Origin: Anaeromyxobacteraceae bacterium
GTDB lineage: Bacteria; Myxococcota; Myxococcia; Myxococcales; Anaeromyxobacteraceae
Assembly (NCBI GenBank): GCA_032654565.1
Contig: JAULAX010000017.1
Coordinates: 96,001-160,000 of the forward strand
Direction of reading: 5' to 3'
Length of the DNA stretch: 64,000 bases
A program made the translations under genes and the position numbers. Under the pieces are notes generated by a model. That model saw only the letters and a list, made by a program, of their open reading frames with translations, was not told the DNA's origin and made no database searches. This document shows positions 19,952 through 29,668 of this stretch, piece after piece. Each line of letters begins with the position of its first letter. Positions within the stretch are counted from its first letter, which is position 1.

Positions 19952-21916
19952 ATGATCCTGCCCGAGCCGAGAAGCGACGCGACGACGGCGATGGCCCCGT
20001 CGGATTGGTCCATCGAGCGAGCCACGCAGTACTACAACATCGCCGGCTGGGGGGCCGGGTACTTCTCGGTGAACGAGAAGGGGCACGTGGTGGTCCACCC
20101 CCACGGCCAGCCCGGCCCGGTCATCGACCTGATGGACGTGGTCGAGGACCTCAAGGAGCGGAACATCGGCCTCCCCTGCGTGGTCCGCTTCCAGGACGTG
20201 CTGCGCGCCCGGGTCAAGCAGATCAACGAGTCCTTCGCCCGCTCCGTGGCCGAGCAGGCCTACGGGGGCCGCTACTTCGGCGTCTATCCCATCAAGGTGA
20301 ACCAGATGCGCGAGGTGGTCGACGAGATCGTCGACTCCGGCGCGCCCTACCACTACGGGCTGGAGGCCGGCTCCAAGGGCGAGCTGCTCATCGTGCTGGC
20401 GATGAACACCGACCCGGAGGCCCTCACCATCTGCAACGGCTACAAGGACGAGGAGTTCCTGCGGCTGGCGCTGCTGGGGCGCAAGCTGGGGCGCAAGGTG
20501 ATCGTGGTCATCGAGAAGCTCTCCGAGCTCCCCGAGCTGCTCCGGGTCGCCGAGGAGATGCAGGTCGAGCCCATGATCGGGCTGCGCTCCAAGCTGACCA
20601 CCCGCGGCACCGGCAAGTGGGAGGGATCGTCGGGCGACTTCGCCAAGTTCGGCCTCACCATCCCCGAGCTGATCCACGCCGTGCGCATCCTCAAGGAGGC
20701 CGGCAAGGAGCACTGCGCCAAGCTGCTCCACTTCCACGTCGGCTCCCAGCTCACCGAGATCCGGGTGGTCAAGGACGCCGTCAACGAGGGGGCCCGGGTC
20801 TACGCCAAGCTGCGCAAGATGGGGCTCCCCATCGAGTACTTCGACGTGGGCGGCGGCCTGGGGGTCGACTACGTCGGCACCCGCATGAACGGCCACTCCT
20901 CCTCCATCAACTACTCCATGGACGAGTACGTCGACGACGTCGTCTACAGCCTGCAGCGCATCTGCGGCAACGAAGGGGTGCCCGAGCCGCACCTGGTCTC
21001 CGAGTCGGGCAGGGCCATCGCCGCCCACCACAGCTGCGTGATCATGAACGTCTTCGGTCACATCGAGATCGGCTCGGCGGAGGAGATCGCGGCCGCCTCG
21101 GTGCCGCAGCCGGACGAGGCCAAGATCGTCCGCGAGATGCGGGAGATCGTCTCCGCGCTCACCGTGCGCAACCGCGCCGAGGCCTACCACGACGGCGCCG
21201 CCAAGAAGGAGGAGGCGCTGCAGATGTTCAAGCTGGGGCTGCTCGGCCTGGAGGAGCGCGCCGTGGTCGAGTCGCTCTTCTGGAAGCTGGCCCGCGGCAT
21301 CGCCGAGATGAACCGCGGAAAGAAGCGGCTGCCCCGCGAGACCCGCGACCTCGGTGACAAGATCGCCGACCAGTACCTCGCCAACTTCTCGCTCTTCCAG
21401 AGCGCCCCGGACCACTGGGCCTTCGACCAGCTCTTCCCCATCATCCCGCTGCACCGCATGGACGAGCCGCCCACCCGCGACTGCACCATCGTCGACGTCA
21501 CCTGCGACTCCGACGGCAAGATCGACCGGTTCATCGAGGGCGACGGCGTCGACGAGACCCTCTCGCTCCACCCGCTGCGGCCCGGCGAGCCCTACTTCCT
21601 CGGCATGTTCCTCACCGGCGCCTACCAGGACATCCTCGCCGACATGCACAACCTCTTCGGCCGGGTCAACGAGATCCACGTCTTCGCCGACGACGAGGAT
21701 CCCGAGGACTTCTACATCGAGGAGTACATCCCCGGCGAGACCATCGCCAAGGTGCTCTCCCGCGTGCAGTACGAGCCCTCCGACCTGCTCCGCCGCGTCA
21801 AGAACGAGCTCGACCAGCGCATCAAGGACGGCACCATCCGCCCCAAGGACGGCGTCTCGCTCTCCGACTTCTACGAGTCGGTCATGAAGGGCTACACCTA
21901 CCTGCTGGAGAAGTAG
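19952..21916 (+). CDS. speA: Biosynthetic arginine decarboxylase
   Basis: 'VYPIKVNQ', 'GLEAGSK', 'HFHVGSQ', 'TCDSDG', 'GAYQDIL'. Confidence 0.95.
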   Translation: MILPEPRSDATTAMAPSDWSIERATQYYNIAGWGAGYFSVNEKGHVVVHPHGQPGPVIDLMDVVEDLKERNIGLPCVVRFQDVLRARVKQINESFARSVAEQAYGGRYFGVYPIKVNQMREVVDEIVDSGAPYHYGLEAGSKGELLIVLAMNTDPEALTICNGYKDEEFLRLALLGRKLGRKVIVVIEKLSELPELLRVAEEMQVEPMIGLRSKLTTRGTGKWEGSSGDFAKFGLTIPELIHAVRILKEAGKEHCAKLLHFHVGSQLTEIRVVKDAVNEGARVYAKLRKMGLPIEYFDVGGGLGVDYVGTRMNGHSSSINYSMDEYVDDVVYSLQRICGNEGVPEPHLVSESGRAIAAHHSCVIMNVFGHIEIGSAEEIAAASVPQPDEAKIVREMREIVSALTVRNRAEAYHDGAAKKEEALQMFKLGLLGLEERAVVESLFWKLARGIAEMNRGKKRLPRETRDLGDKIADQYLANFSLFQSAPDHWAFDQLFPIIPLHRMDEPPTRDCTIVDVTCDSDGKIDRFIEGDGVDETLSLHPLRPGEPYFLGMFLTGAYQDILADMHNLFGRVNEIHVFADDEDPEDFYIEEYIPGETIAKVLSRVQYEPSDLLRRVKNELDQRIKDGTIRPKDGVSLSDFYESVMKGYTYLLEK

Positions 21917-22007
21917 CGGCTCCGTCGCCCGGCCGCTATACCCGTGGTCGCACCGAGCACGCACCGCCTCGCCGGCGGCGCGCACCACCAGAACCGAGGA
22001 GCACACC

Positions 22008-22208
22008 GTGGCCGTCTACAAGAAGATCGAGATCGTCGGGACGTCGAAGGTCAGCTTCGCCGAGGCCGTCAAGGCCGCGGTGGCCGAGGCCGGCAAGTCG
22101 CTGCGCCACATGAGCTGGTTCGAGGTCGCCGAGCAGCGCGGCAGCATCAAGGACGGCAAGGTGAACGAGTTCCAGGTCACCGTGCGGGTCGGCTTCAAGG
22201 TCGAGTAG
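22008..22208 (+). CDS. Dodecin (flavin-binding)
   Basis: 'VYKKIEIVGTS...WFEV...FQVTVRVGFK'. GAGGA RBS upstream. Confidence 0.9.
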   Translation: MAVYKKIEIVGTSKVSFAEAVKAAVAEAGKSLRHMSWFEVAEQRGSIKDGKVNEFQVTVRVGFKVE

Positions 22209-22219
22209 CGACCGCGGCG

Positions 22220-22244
22220 ACCCCCGGGCAGGGGCCCCGGGGGT
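22220..22244. terminator. GC-rich hairpin between convergent dodecin and tRNA-Sec
   Basis: ACCCCCGGG-N7-CCCGGGGGT, a perfect 9-bp stem with no U-tract. Confidence 0.4.
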
Positions 22245-22246
22245 GG

Positions 22247-22345
22247 TGGCGGCAGGGCATGGGAATCGAACCCACCAGCAGCGCCTCTCGGCACCACTCA
22301 CCGGTTTTGAAGACCGGGCCCGGCACCAGCCCAGGACGTCCTGCC
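22247..22345 (-). tRNA. selC: tRNA-Sec (anticodon UCA)
   Basis: 99 nt. Anticodon arm CCGGU-CUUCAAA-ACCGG, 8-position acceptor stem, 9-bp variable arm, T-loop UUCGAUU, G73 and encoded CCA. Confidence 0.92.
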
Positions 22346-22388
22346 ACCGACCGGTCTACGGGAGCGGCCCGGCCCGGTCAAGCCGCGA

Positions 22389-23984
22389 TCACTTCGTCGC
22401 CTTCGAGGGTCGGGCGGCGGCGGCGGCCTGGCCGTGCTCCTCGCCCCAGACCGAGAGCACCACGGTGGCCCGCTCGTGCGGCATGGCGGCGCGGGGCGAG
22501 CGGAACCGCTCCACCGGGGAGTAGTAGCCGAAGTTGGAGGCCCGGCTGGTGTAGAGGCAGGCGTAGTCCTCCACCTGCTCGCCGAAGCGCGAGTTCTCGT
22601 TCCCCTCCTTGAAGAGGAAGCCCCAGGTGGCGTTGGCGCCGGCCTCCAGCACCCGGGCCACCGCCGCGATGCGGGCGCCGGCGTCGCGCAGGGCGCCGCG
22701 CAGCTGATCCAGCTCGCCGCGGATGCGCCGCGAGGCCTCCTCGAGCAGGGCGGCGTCGCCCTCGGCCGCCCGCTCCCGCCGCCGGTCGGCCTGGTTGAGC
22801 GCGGTCCGGTGCGAGGCGATGGAGTCCTCCAGCTTGACCCGCAGCCCCTCCAGCCGGGCCAGCTCGCCGAGCGCCTCGCGGTGCCCCTCCAGCCACTGGA
22901 TCTCCCGCTCCAGCTCCTCGACCACCAGCGCCGTGCGCCACAGCGAGCTCTTCCGCGAGCGCAGGATGTCGCCGTAGATGTGGTCGCCGACGTAGAGCAC
23001 CCGGTCACCGCCGATCCCCAGCAGCTCCTCGAGCCGGACCAGGTCGCCCCCCTGGTAGAGCCGGCCCCGCTCCAGCGAGGCCGCCTCGCCGGCCGGCGCC
23101 AGGTCGGGGCGGAGCAGCAGCAGCGGCCGGCGCTGGCCGAAGAAGCCGGGCTTGCCGGCCCCGGTGATCACGGCGTCGAAGTAGCTGCGCCAGGAGGCGT
23201 ACTCCGGCAGCACCCCGTCGAGCACGTGGCGCATCACCGCGTCGGTGTAGTCGGCCATCGAGTTGGTGAGCAGGAAGAGCCGCTTGCCGCCGGAGCGGAG
23301 CTTGTGCAGCGCCGGCCCCAGCTCCGGGTCGCGCACCAGGTAGCGCGGCAGGTCGGCCAGCACCACCTGCTTGAGCGACCCGTCGCGGTGGACGGTGTCG
23401 ATGGCCTCGCGGATGTGGTCGTAGAGCCGGGCGTAGTCCACCTCGGCGCCGGTCCGCTCCAGCAGCTCGATGGCCTCGGCGAAGAGGCAGCCCTCGGGCA
23501 GGGCGAAGAGGGTGTCGAGCCAGGCGAAGCGCGGGGAGGAGAGGTGGATCTTCTCCTCGCGGTAGAGCCGGCGCAGCGCCTCGGGGGGAATGGGTCGGCG
23601 GCCGTGGACCCCCCGGCCCACGTGGTTGTGCCGGTCCATCTTGAAGAGGTTGCCCTGCTCCTTGTCGACCACCACGCCGCGGATGACGAAGTCGGGGTCG
23701 TAGGGGATCTCCAGCAGGCCCGCCGGGTAGCCGAAGCGGCTCACCATCAGCTCGGCGGTCATGCGGAAGGCCAGCTGCTCCATGTGGCGGAGCTGGTAGA
23801 TGGCCAGCGTGTAGTCCATGTCGAAGCCGACCGCCTCGATCTTGTCCATGCGCAGGGTCCGGTTGACGAAGACCTGGCGCGACGTCGGCACCTCGCGGTG
23901 GCCCATCACCGGCTCGGCCAGCAGCCGCAGGATCTCGGGGGCCTCCCAGGAGGGCCGGGCCGCTGGCTGGTGCTCGTCGGTCAT
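22389..23984 (-). CDS. HAD-IG family 5'-nucleotidase
   Basis: 'GFDMDYTLA', 'LLTNS', 'KPGFF', 'YVGDHIYGDI', 'YACLYTS'. Confidence 0.9.
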   Translation of the reverse strand: MTDEHQPAARPSWEAPEILRLLAEPVMGHREVPTSRQVFVNRTLRMDKIEAVGFDMDYTLAIYQLRHMEQLAFRMTAELMVSRFGYPAGLLEIPYDPDFVIRGVVVDKEQGNLFKMDRHNHVGRGVHGRRPIPPEALRRLYREEKIHLSSPRFAWLDTLFALPEGCLFAEAIELLERTGAEVDYARLYDHIREAIDTVHRDGSLKQVVLADLPRYLVRDPELGPALHKLRSGGKRLFLLTNSMADYTDAVMRHVLDGVLPEYASWRSYFDAVITGAGKPGFFGQRRPLLLLRPDLAPAGEAASLERGRLYQGGDLVRLEELLGIGGDRVLYVGDHIYGDILRSRKSSLWRTALVVEELEREIQWLEGHREALGELARLEGLRVKLEDSIASHRTALNQADRRRERAAEGDAALLEEASRRIRGELDQLRGALRDAGARIAAVARVLEAGANATWGFLFKEGNENSRFGEQVEDYACLYTSRASNFGYYSPVERFRSPRAAMPHERATVVLSVWGEEHGQAAAAARPSKATK

Positions 23985-24074
23985 GTGGCCGAGCCTACAC
24001 TCGGTCCCGGCGGCGCGCCCGCCCGGATCCCCCGGAAAGTTGCGTCGCGCCCGGCGCGGTCTAGGCTCGCCGCC

Positions 24075-24305
24075 ATGCCTCGCCGCGCCGCCCCGGCCCT
24101 CGACCTCGCCGCCCTGCTCACCCGCATCGACGGGCTGGAGCAGCGGCTGCTGCAGCTGGAGACGGGGAGGGTGGGGCCGGGCGACGGCCGGGCCGCGGCG
24201 GTGAAGCGGCCCCGCCCGGTGCGCCGCTGCCCCGGCTGCGGGCTGCCGCTGCGGCGCCTCAAGGGGCGCTGCGCCGCCTGCCGCCGGCCGCTCGACTCGA
24301 TCTGA
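24075..24305 (+). CDS. Small hypothetical protein with coiled coil and zinc ribbon
   Basis: 76 aa with 'CPGC' and 'CAAC' pairs. Divergent from the nucleotidase and upstream of the M16 operon. Confidence 0.55.
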   Translation: MPRRAAPALDLAALLTRIDGLEQRLLQLETGRVGPGDGRAAAVKRPRPVRRCPGCGLPLRRLKGRCAACRRPLDSI

Positions 24306-24330
24306 GGTCGGCGCGCGGTTAAGGTCCCGG

Positions 24331-25620
24331 GTGATGACCCGCCCGGCCACGCCTCCCCGCCTCATCGACCTCGACGCCGTCCAGTGCCGGGTGCTGCCCA
24401 ACGGGCTGCGGCTGCGGGTGCTGCGCGAGGCCGGCTCGCCGACGCTCAGCTACGCCACCTTCTTCCAGGTCGGCTCGCGCAACGAGCGGCCCGGGATCAC
24501 CGGCCTCAGCCACCTCTTCGAGCACATGATGTTCAACGGCGCCGCCAGGTACGGCCCCAAGCAGTTCGACCGGGTGCTGGAGGCGCGCGGGGGCCACTCC
24601 AACGCCTACACCTCCAACGACCTGACCGTGTACTACGAGGACTTCGCCGCCGAGGCCCTGGCGACGGTCGTCGACCTGGAGTCGGACCGGATGCGCTCGC
24701 TGCGCATCGACGACGAGGCGCTGGAGCAGGAGCGCGAGGTGGTCAAGGAGGAGCGCCGGCTCCGCACCGACGACTCGGTCTACGGGCTCATGGAGGAGGC
24801 GCTGGAGGCGCTGGTGCACCAGGCCCACCCCTACCGCTGGCCGGTGATCGGCTGGATGTCGGACATCGAGCGCATCACCCGCGCCGACTGCGAGGCCTAC
24901 TTCCGCACCTTCTACGCCCCGGGCAACGCCGCCATCTACGTGGTCGGCGACCTCGACCCGGGGCCGACCCTGGCGCTGCTGGCCGGCGCCTACGGCGACA
25001 TCCCGGCCGGCCCGGCCCCGGCCCCGGTGGCCACCGGGGAGCCGGAGCAGCGGGGGGGGCGGCGGGCCGAGATCCGCTACCCGGCCCAGGGGCCGGCGCT
25101 GCTGTGCGGTTGGCGCGCCGCCGCGGCCCGCAGCCCCGACGTGGCCGCCCTCGACCTGCTGCAGGTCACCCTCGGCGTCGGCGAGTCGTCGCGACTGCGC
25201 CGCCGGCTGGTCCACCAGGACGCCCTGGTGACCGCGGTGGGCGTCTCCTTCGGCTGGCGCATCGACCCCGGCGTCTTCTCCATCTTCGCCGAGCTGTCAC
25301 CCGGCGTGAAGGTGGAGCGGGTGGAGCGGATCCTCGCCGAGGAGCTGGCCCGGGTGGCGGAGGGCGGCGTCACCGCCACCGAGCTGCGGCGGGCCCGGGC
25401 GCTGCTGCGCAGCTCGGTGCTCCACGAGCTCGGCACCCACCACGGGCTGGCCCACGCCCTCGGCAACGCCGAGGCGCTGCTGGGGGACTGGCGCGAGGCG
25501 GGGCGGGCGCTGGAGCTCTACGCCGGGGTCCGGCCCGCCGACGTCAAGCGGGTGGCGCGCCAGTACCTGGCCCCGCGGCGCGCCAACACCGTGGTGCTGG
25601 TGCCGGAGGCGACCCCGTGA
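24331..25620 (+). CDS. M16B zinc peptidase, catalytic subunit
   Basis: 'HLFEHMMF' (HxxEH), 'NAYT', 'EREVVKEERR'. Confidence 0.92.
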   Translation: MMTRPATPPRLIDLDAVQCRVLPNGLRLRVLREAGSPTLSYATFFQVGSRNERPGITGLSHLFEHMMFNGAARYGPKQFDRVLEARGGHSNAYTSNDLTVYYEDFAAEALATVVDLESDRMRSLRIDDEALEQEREVVKEERRLRTDDSVYGLMEEALEALVHQAHPYRWPVIGWMSDIERITRADCEAYFRTFYAPGNAAIYVVGDLDPGPTLALLAGAYGDIPAGPAPAPVATGEPEQRGGRRAEIRYPAQGPALLCGWRAAAARSPDVAALDLLQVTLGVGESSRLRRRLVHQDALVTAVGVSFGWRIDPGVFSIFAELSPGVKVERVERILAEELARVAEGGVTATELRRARALLRSSVLHELGTHHGLAHALGNAEALLGDWREAGRALELYAGVRPADVKRVARQYLAPRRANTVVLVPEATP

Positions 25621-26936
25621 GCCGCATCCAGGCGCCACCGGTGGTGCGGACCCGGCTGGCCAACGGGCTGCAGGTGGTGGTGGCCCCGCGCCCCGGCGTG
25701 CCGCTGGTGGCGGTCCGGCTGCTGGTGCGGGCCGGCGCCGCGCTCGATCCCGCCGGCCGCTTCGGCCTGGCCCACCTCACGGCCGCGGCGGTGCGGCGCG
25801 GGACCCGGCGGCGCAGCGGGGCCCGCCTCGACGCCGAGGTGGAGGCGCTGGGCGCGGAGCTGGGCGGCGGCGTCGACGAGGACGCCGCGGCGCTGGGGCT
25901 CTCGGCGCCGGTGGAGGCGTTGCCCCGGCTCCTCGACGTGGTGGCCGACGTCACCATTCACCCGGCCTTCCCCCAGGGGGAGGTGGAGCGGCTGCGGCGG
26001 CGCGAGGTGGCGGCGCTGGCCCACGACGTCGACGAGCCGGGGGTGCTGGCCGACCGGGCCACCCTGATGGCCGCCTACGGGGAGCACCCCTACGGCCACC
26101 CCGCCGAGGGGCGGGGCCGCGACGTGGCGGCGGCGCGGCGCGGCGACCTGGCCGGCTTCCACGCCCGCCACTGGCGCCCCTCCCGCGCCACGCTGCTGGT
26201 GGTGGGGCCGGTCGAGGCCGGGGCGGCGCTGGCGCTGGCCGAGCGGCGCTTCGGGGCCTGGAAGGGGGCGCCGGGCGGGGAGCTGGAGATCGCCCCGCCG
26301 GCCCCGCCGGCCGGGCCGGCGGTGATCATCGTCGACCGCCCCGAGCTGACCCAGGCGCAGCTGCGCATCGCCTCGGCCGGCTACCCGCGCAGCAGCCCCG
26401 ACCACGCCGCCGGGCTGGTGGCCGGCGCGGTGCTGGGCGGCGGCTTCACCTCCCGCCTCATGGAGGCGGTCCGGGTCAACCGCGGGCTCAGCTACGGGGT
26501 GCGCAGCCGGTTCGCCGCCAGCCGGGCCGGCGGGCTCTTCGCCTTCTCCTCCTTCACCAAGGTGGAGACGGCGGGCGAGCTGGTGCAGGTGGCGCTCGAC
26601 GAGGTGGCCCGCTTCCGCGACGGCGGCCCCACCGAGGAGGAGCTGGAGCGGACCCGCGGCTACCTCTGCGGCCTCTACCCGCTCGGCCTCGAGACCCACG
26701 AGCAGTGGGCCGAGAAGCTGGCCGAGGTGGAGCTCTATGGCCTCGGCCCCGACGAGGTGGCCGGGTTCCCGGACCGGGTCCGGGCGGTGGACGCGGCCGC
26801 CTGCCTGGCGGTGGCGCGCCGCTGGCTGCCCGGCGAGCGCCGGGTGGTGGTGGCGGTGGGGCCGGCCCGGCGGCTCAAGGCCCAGCTGGCCCGCTTCGGC
26901 CCGGTCGAGGTGGTGACGGCCCGGTCGGTGACCTGA
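25617..26936 (+). CDS. M16B peptidase, non-catalytic partner subunit
   Basis: Lacks HxxEH. Has 'LGGGFTSRL...RVNRGLSYG' (R/Y pair). GTGA overlap with the previous gene. Confidence 0.88.
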   Translation: MSRIQAPPVVRTRLANGLQVVVAPRPGVPLVAVRLLVRAGAALDPAGRFGLAHLTAAAVRRGTRRRSGARLDAEVEALGAELGGGVDEDAAALGLSAPVEALPRLLDVVADVTIHPAFPQGEVERLRRREVAALAHDVDEPGVLADRATLMAAYGEHPYGHPAEGRGRDVAAARRGDLAGFHARHWRPSRATLLVVGPVEAGAALALAERRFGAWKGAPGGELEIAPPAPPAGPAVIIVDRPELTQAQLRIASAGYPRSSPDHAAGLVAGAVLGGGFTSRLMEAVRVNRGLSYGVRSRFAASRAGGLFAFSSFTKVETAGELVQVALDEVARFRDGGPTEEELERTRGYLCGLYPLGLETHEQWAEKLAEVELYGLGPDEVAGFPDRVRAVDAAACLAVARRWLPGERRVVVAVGPARRLKAQLARFGPVEVVTARSVT

Positions 26937-26938
26937 GC

Positions 26939-27634
26939 GTGGGCGCCCCGCGCATCCTGCTCCTCGACGAGGCGCTGCTGGCCATCGACAAGCCGGCCGG
27001 CCGGCTGGTGATCCCGGGGCGGGTGGCCGGCGAGGTGTCGCTGCGCGAGGAGCTGGCGCCGATCCACGGCCCGCTCTGGGTGGTGCACCGGCTCGACCGC
27101 GGCACCAGCGGCGTGCTGCTCTTCGCCCGCACCGCCGCGGCCCACCGCCATCTCAACCTGCAGTTCGAGCGGGGCGAGCCGCGCAAGACCTACCTGGCGC
27201 TGGTGGCCGGCCGGCCGCCCGACCGCTTCGAGTGCGCCGCCGGGATCGCCCCGGCGCGCAAGGGGCGGATGAAGGCGGTCCCCGCCGGCGACCCGCGCGG
27301 CAAGGCGGCCCGCACCACCTTCCGGGTGCTGGAGCGGTTCGAGCCGGCCGGCGGCCCCGGCCCGCTGGCGCTGGTCGAGGCCAGCCCGGAGACCGGGCGG
27401 ACCCACCAGATCCGCGTCCACCTCCGGGAGGCCGGCTTCCCGCTGGCCTTCGACCCCGACTATGGCGGCGCCGAGCCGCTGCGTGGGGGCGACGGCGAGG
27501 TGCTGGTGGCGCGCACGCCGCTCCACGCCGCGGCGCTGGCGCTGCGCCACCCGGCCGGGGAGCCGCTGGTGGTCAGCGCGCCGTGGCCGGAGGACCTGGC
27601 CGCGGCGCTGCAGCGCTGGCGCGACGGCGGGTGA
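26939..27634 (+). CDS. RluA-family pseudouridine synthase
   Basis: 'IDKPAG', 'VHRLDRGTSG', 'TGRTHQIRVH', 'LHA'. Confidence 0.92.
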   Translation: MGAPRILLLDEALLAIDKPAGRLVIPGRVAGEVSLREELAPIHGPLWVVHRLDRGTSGVLLFARTAAAHRHLNLQFERGEPRKTYLALVAGRPPDRFECAAGIAPARKGRMKAVPAGDPRGKAARTTFRVLERFEPAGGPGPLALVEASPETGRTHQIRVHLREAGFPLAFDPDYGGAEPLRGGDGEVLVARTPLHAAALALRHPAGEPLVVSAPWPEDLAAALQRWRDGG

Positions 27635-27654
27635 GGGCCGGAGGAGCGGCGGGC

Positions 27655-28062
27655 TCAGGCCCGGCCGTGGACCAGGACCCGGGGCTCGGCCCGGAAGAGC
27701 ACGTCGATCTTGTCGATGCGGACGGTGGTGACGAACCCGAGGCCGAAGGTCGGGTGGTCGAGGACGTCGTCGACCACGAAGCGGCGCTTCAGCGAGTAGG
27801 GGACTGGCGGGCGCTTGTGGGCGGCCAGCTGCTCGTCGAAGGTGACCACCACCTTCTTCTCGCGCGGCGGCCGGGTGGCCTTCTTCTTCACCACCGAGGT
27901 GGTGCCGACCGCCCCGGGCAGCGGGCGGTACTTGTGCTCACCCTTGCAGGTGTTGCACTTCACCTTCGCCGGCTTGTCGCCGACCATGGCGATCACCGTG
28001 TGTGCCAGCGTCAGCTCGCACTTGCTGCAGAGCGCATCGACCTCGCCGCCAACCTTGATCAT
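27655..28062 (-). CDS. Conserved hypothetical zinc-binding protein
   Basis: 'CSKC' and 'CNTC' pairs, C-terminal 'HPTFGLGFV'. Typical host codon usage. Confidence 0.7.
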   Translation of the reverse strand: MIKVGGEVDALCSKCELTLAHTVIAMVGDKPAKVKCNTCKGEHKYRPLPGAVGTTSVVKKKATRPPREKKVVVTFDEQLAAHKRPPVPYSLKRRFVVDDVLDHPTFGLGFVTTVRIDKIDVLFRAEPRVLVHGRA

Positions 28063-28143
28063 AGGGCCGAGCAGCATACAGCAAAGCGCGCCCCGGCGCA
28101 GGGCGCCGGGCGGATATAGGCGACCATCCCCGGGAAGCGTGAC

Positions 28144-28908
28144 ATGATCAGGGGCATGACACGGCTCAAGGCCGCCCTCGAGGACTTCGGGGGCATGATC
28201 TTCTTCGCCCTCGAGACCCTGGCCTGGGCCTTCCGGCCCCCCTTCCGGCCGGGGCTGATCCTCGCCCAGATGGCCTTCATCGGCGCCGGCTCGGTCTTCA
28301 TCGTCGGCGTCACCGGGACCTTCAGCGGCATGGTGCTGGCGTTGCAGGGGAATTACGCCATGAAGCAGTTCGCCGCCGAGGGGTACGTGGGCGGCTCGGT
28401 GGCCCTGGCCCTGGCCCGCGAGCTGGCCCCGGTGCTGACCGCGCTGATGGTCACCGGCCGGGCCGGGAGCGCCGTCGCCACCGAGCTCGGCACCATGCGG
28501 GTCACCGAGCAGATCGACGCCATGGACTCGATGGCGGTCAACCCCATCCAGTACCTGGTGGTCCCCCGGGTCATCGCCTCGATCCTGATGTTCCCGGCGC
28601 TCACCATGCTCTTCAACCTGCTCGGCTACCTGGGGGCCTTCGTGATGGGGGTCTACGTGGCCGGGATCCCGGTCGGCCCCTTCATCGAGCACACCCGCAC
28701 CTTCCTGGTGCCCGCCGACATCCTCCACGGGCTGGGCAAGGCGGTGCTCTTCGGCGGGGTGGTGGCGGTGGTCACCTGCTGGCGCGGCTACTCGGCCACC
28801 GGCGGCTCGCGCGGCGTGGGGGAGGGGACCACCCGCGCCGTGGTCAGCAGCTCCATCGGCATCCTCATCGTCGACTACGCGCTCACCCTCTTCTCGGTGG
28901 GGACCTGA
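28144..28908 (+). CDS. mlaE: MlaE-family ABC permease
   Basis: 'RELAPVLTALMVTGRAGS...ELGTMRVTEQIDA'. Confidence 0.93.
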   Translation: MIRGMTRLKAALEDFGGMIFFALETLAWAFRPPFRPGLILAQMAFIGAGSVFIVGVTGTFSGMVLALQGNYAMKQFAAEGYVGGSVALALARELAPVLTALMVTGRAGSAVATELGTMRVTEQIDAMDSMAVNPIQYLVVPRVIASILMFPALTMLFNLLGYLGAFVMGVYVAGIPVGPFIEHTRTFLVPADILHGLGKAVLFGGVVAVVTCWRGYSATGGSRGVGEGTTRAVVSSSIGILIVDYALTLFSVGT

Positions 28909-28911
28909 GCC

Positions 28912-29652
28912 GTGATCAAGGTCCATGACCTCTGGAAGGCGTTCGGCGAGAACCAGGTCCTCAAGGGGATCACCCTCTCCATCCCGCCGGGGCAGACCTA
29001 CGTGGTGCTGGGCGGCTCCGGCTCCGGCAAGACCGTGCTGATGAAGCACGTCATCGGGCTCCTCAAGCCCGACCGCGGCACCGTCCAGGTCAACGGCGTG
29101 GAGCTCTCGGCGCTGGAGGGCAAGGCGCTCACCGAGGCGCGCGGCGTCTTCGGCATGGTCTTCCAGGGGGCGGCGCTCTTCGACTCCATGACCGTCTTCG
29201 AGAACGTCGCCTTCCCGCTGCTGGAGCGCGGCCACCGACCGGCCGCCGCGGAGGTGCGGGAGCGCTGCCTGGCCAAGCTCAAGGTGGTCGACCTGGGCGA
29301 GGAGGTGCTGGAGCGGTTCCCCGCCGAGCTCTCCGGCGGGATGCGCAAGCGGGTGGCGCTGGCCCGGGCCCTGGTCTCCGACCCCAAGGTGGTGCTCTAC
29401 GACGAGCCGACCACCGGCCTCGATCCCATCACCACCGCCTACGTCGACGAGATGATCCTGGCCGCCAAGCAGCGGCTCGGCATCACCTCCATGGTCATCA
29501 GCCACGACGTGGCCTCGGCCTTCAAGGTGGCCGATCGGCTGGCGGTGCTCTACGATGGCAAGCTCGTCGCCGAAGGGACGCCCGCCGAGGTCAAGGCCAG
29601 CAAGGATCCGTACGTGCAGCGCTACCTCTCCACCTGGTTCGAGAAGCAGTGA
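28912..29652 (+). CDS. mlaF: MlaF-family ABC ATPase
   Basis: GGSGSGKT, 'FQGAALFDS', LSGGM, 'YDEPTTGLDP'. Confidence 0.93.
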   Translation: MIKVHDLWKAFGENQVLKGITLSIPPGQTYVVLGGSGSGKTVLMKHVIGLLKPDRGTVQVNGVELSALEGKALTEARGVFGMVFQGAALFDSMTVFENVAFPLLERGHRPAAAEVRERCLAKLKVVDLGEEVLERFPAELSGGMRKRVALARALVSDPKVVLYDEPTTGLDPITTAYVDEMILAAKQRLGITSMVISHDVASAFKVADRLAVLYDGKLVAEGTPAEVKASKDPYVQRYLSTWFEKQ

Positions 29653-29668
29653 GCCCCCGCCCGTGAAG

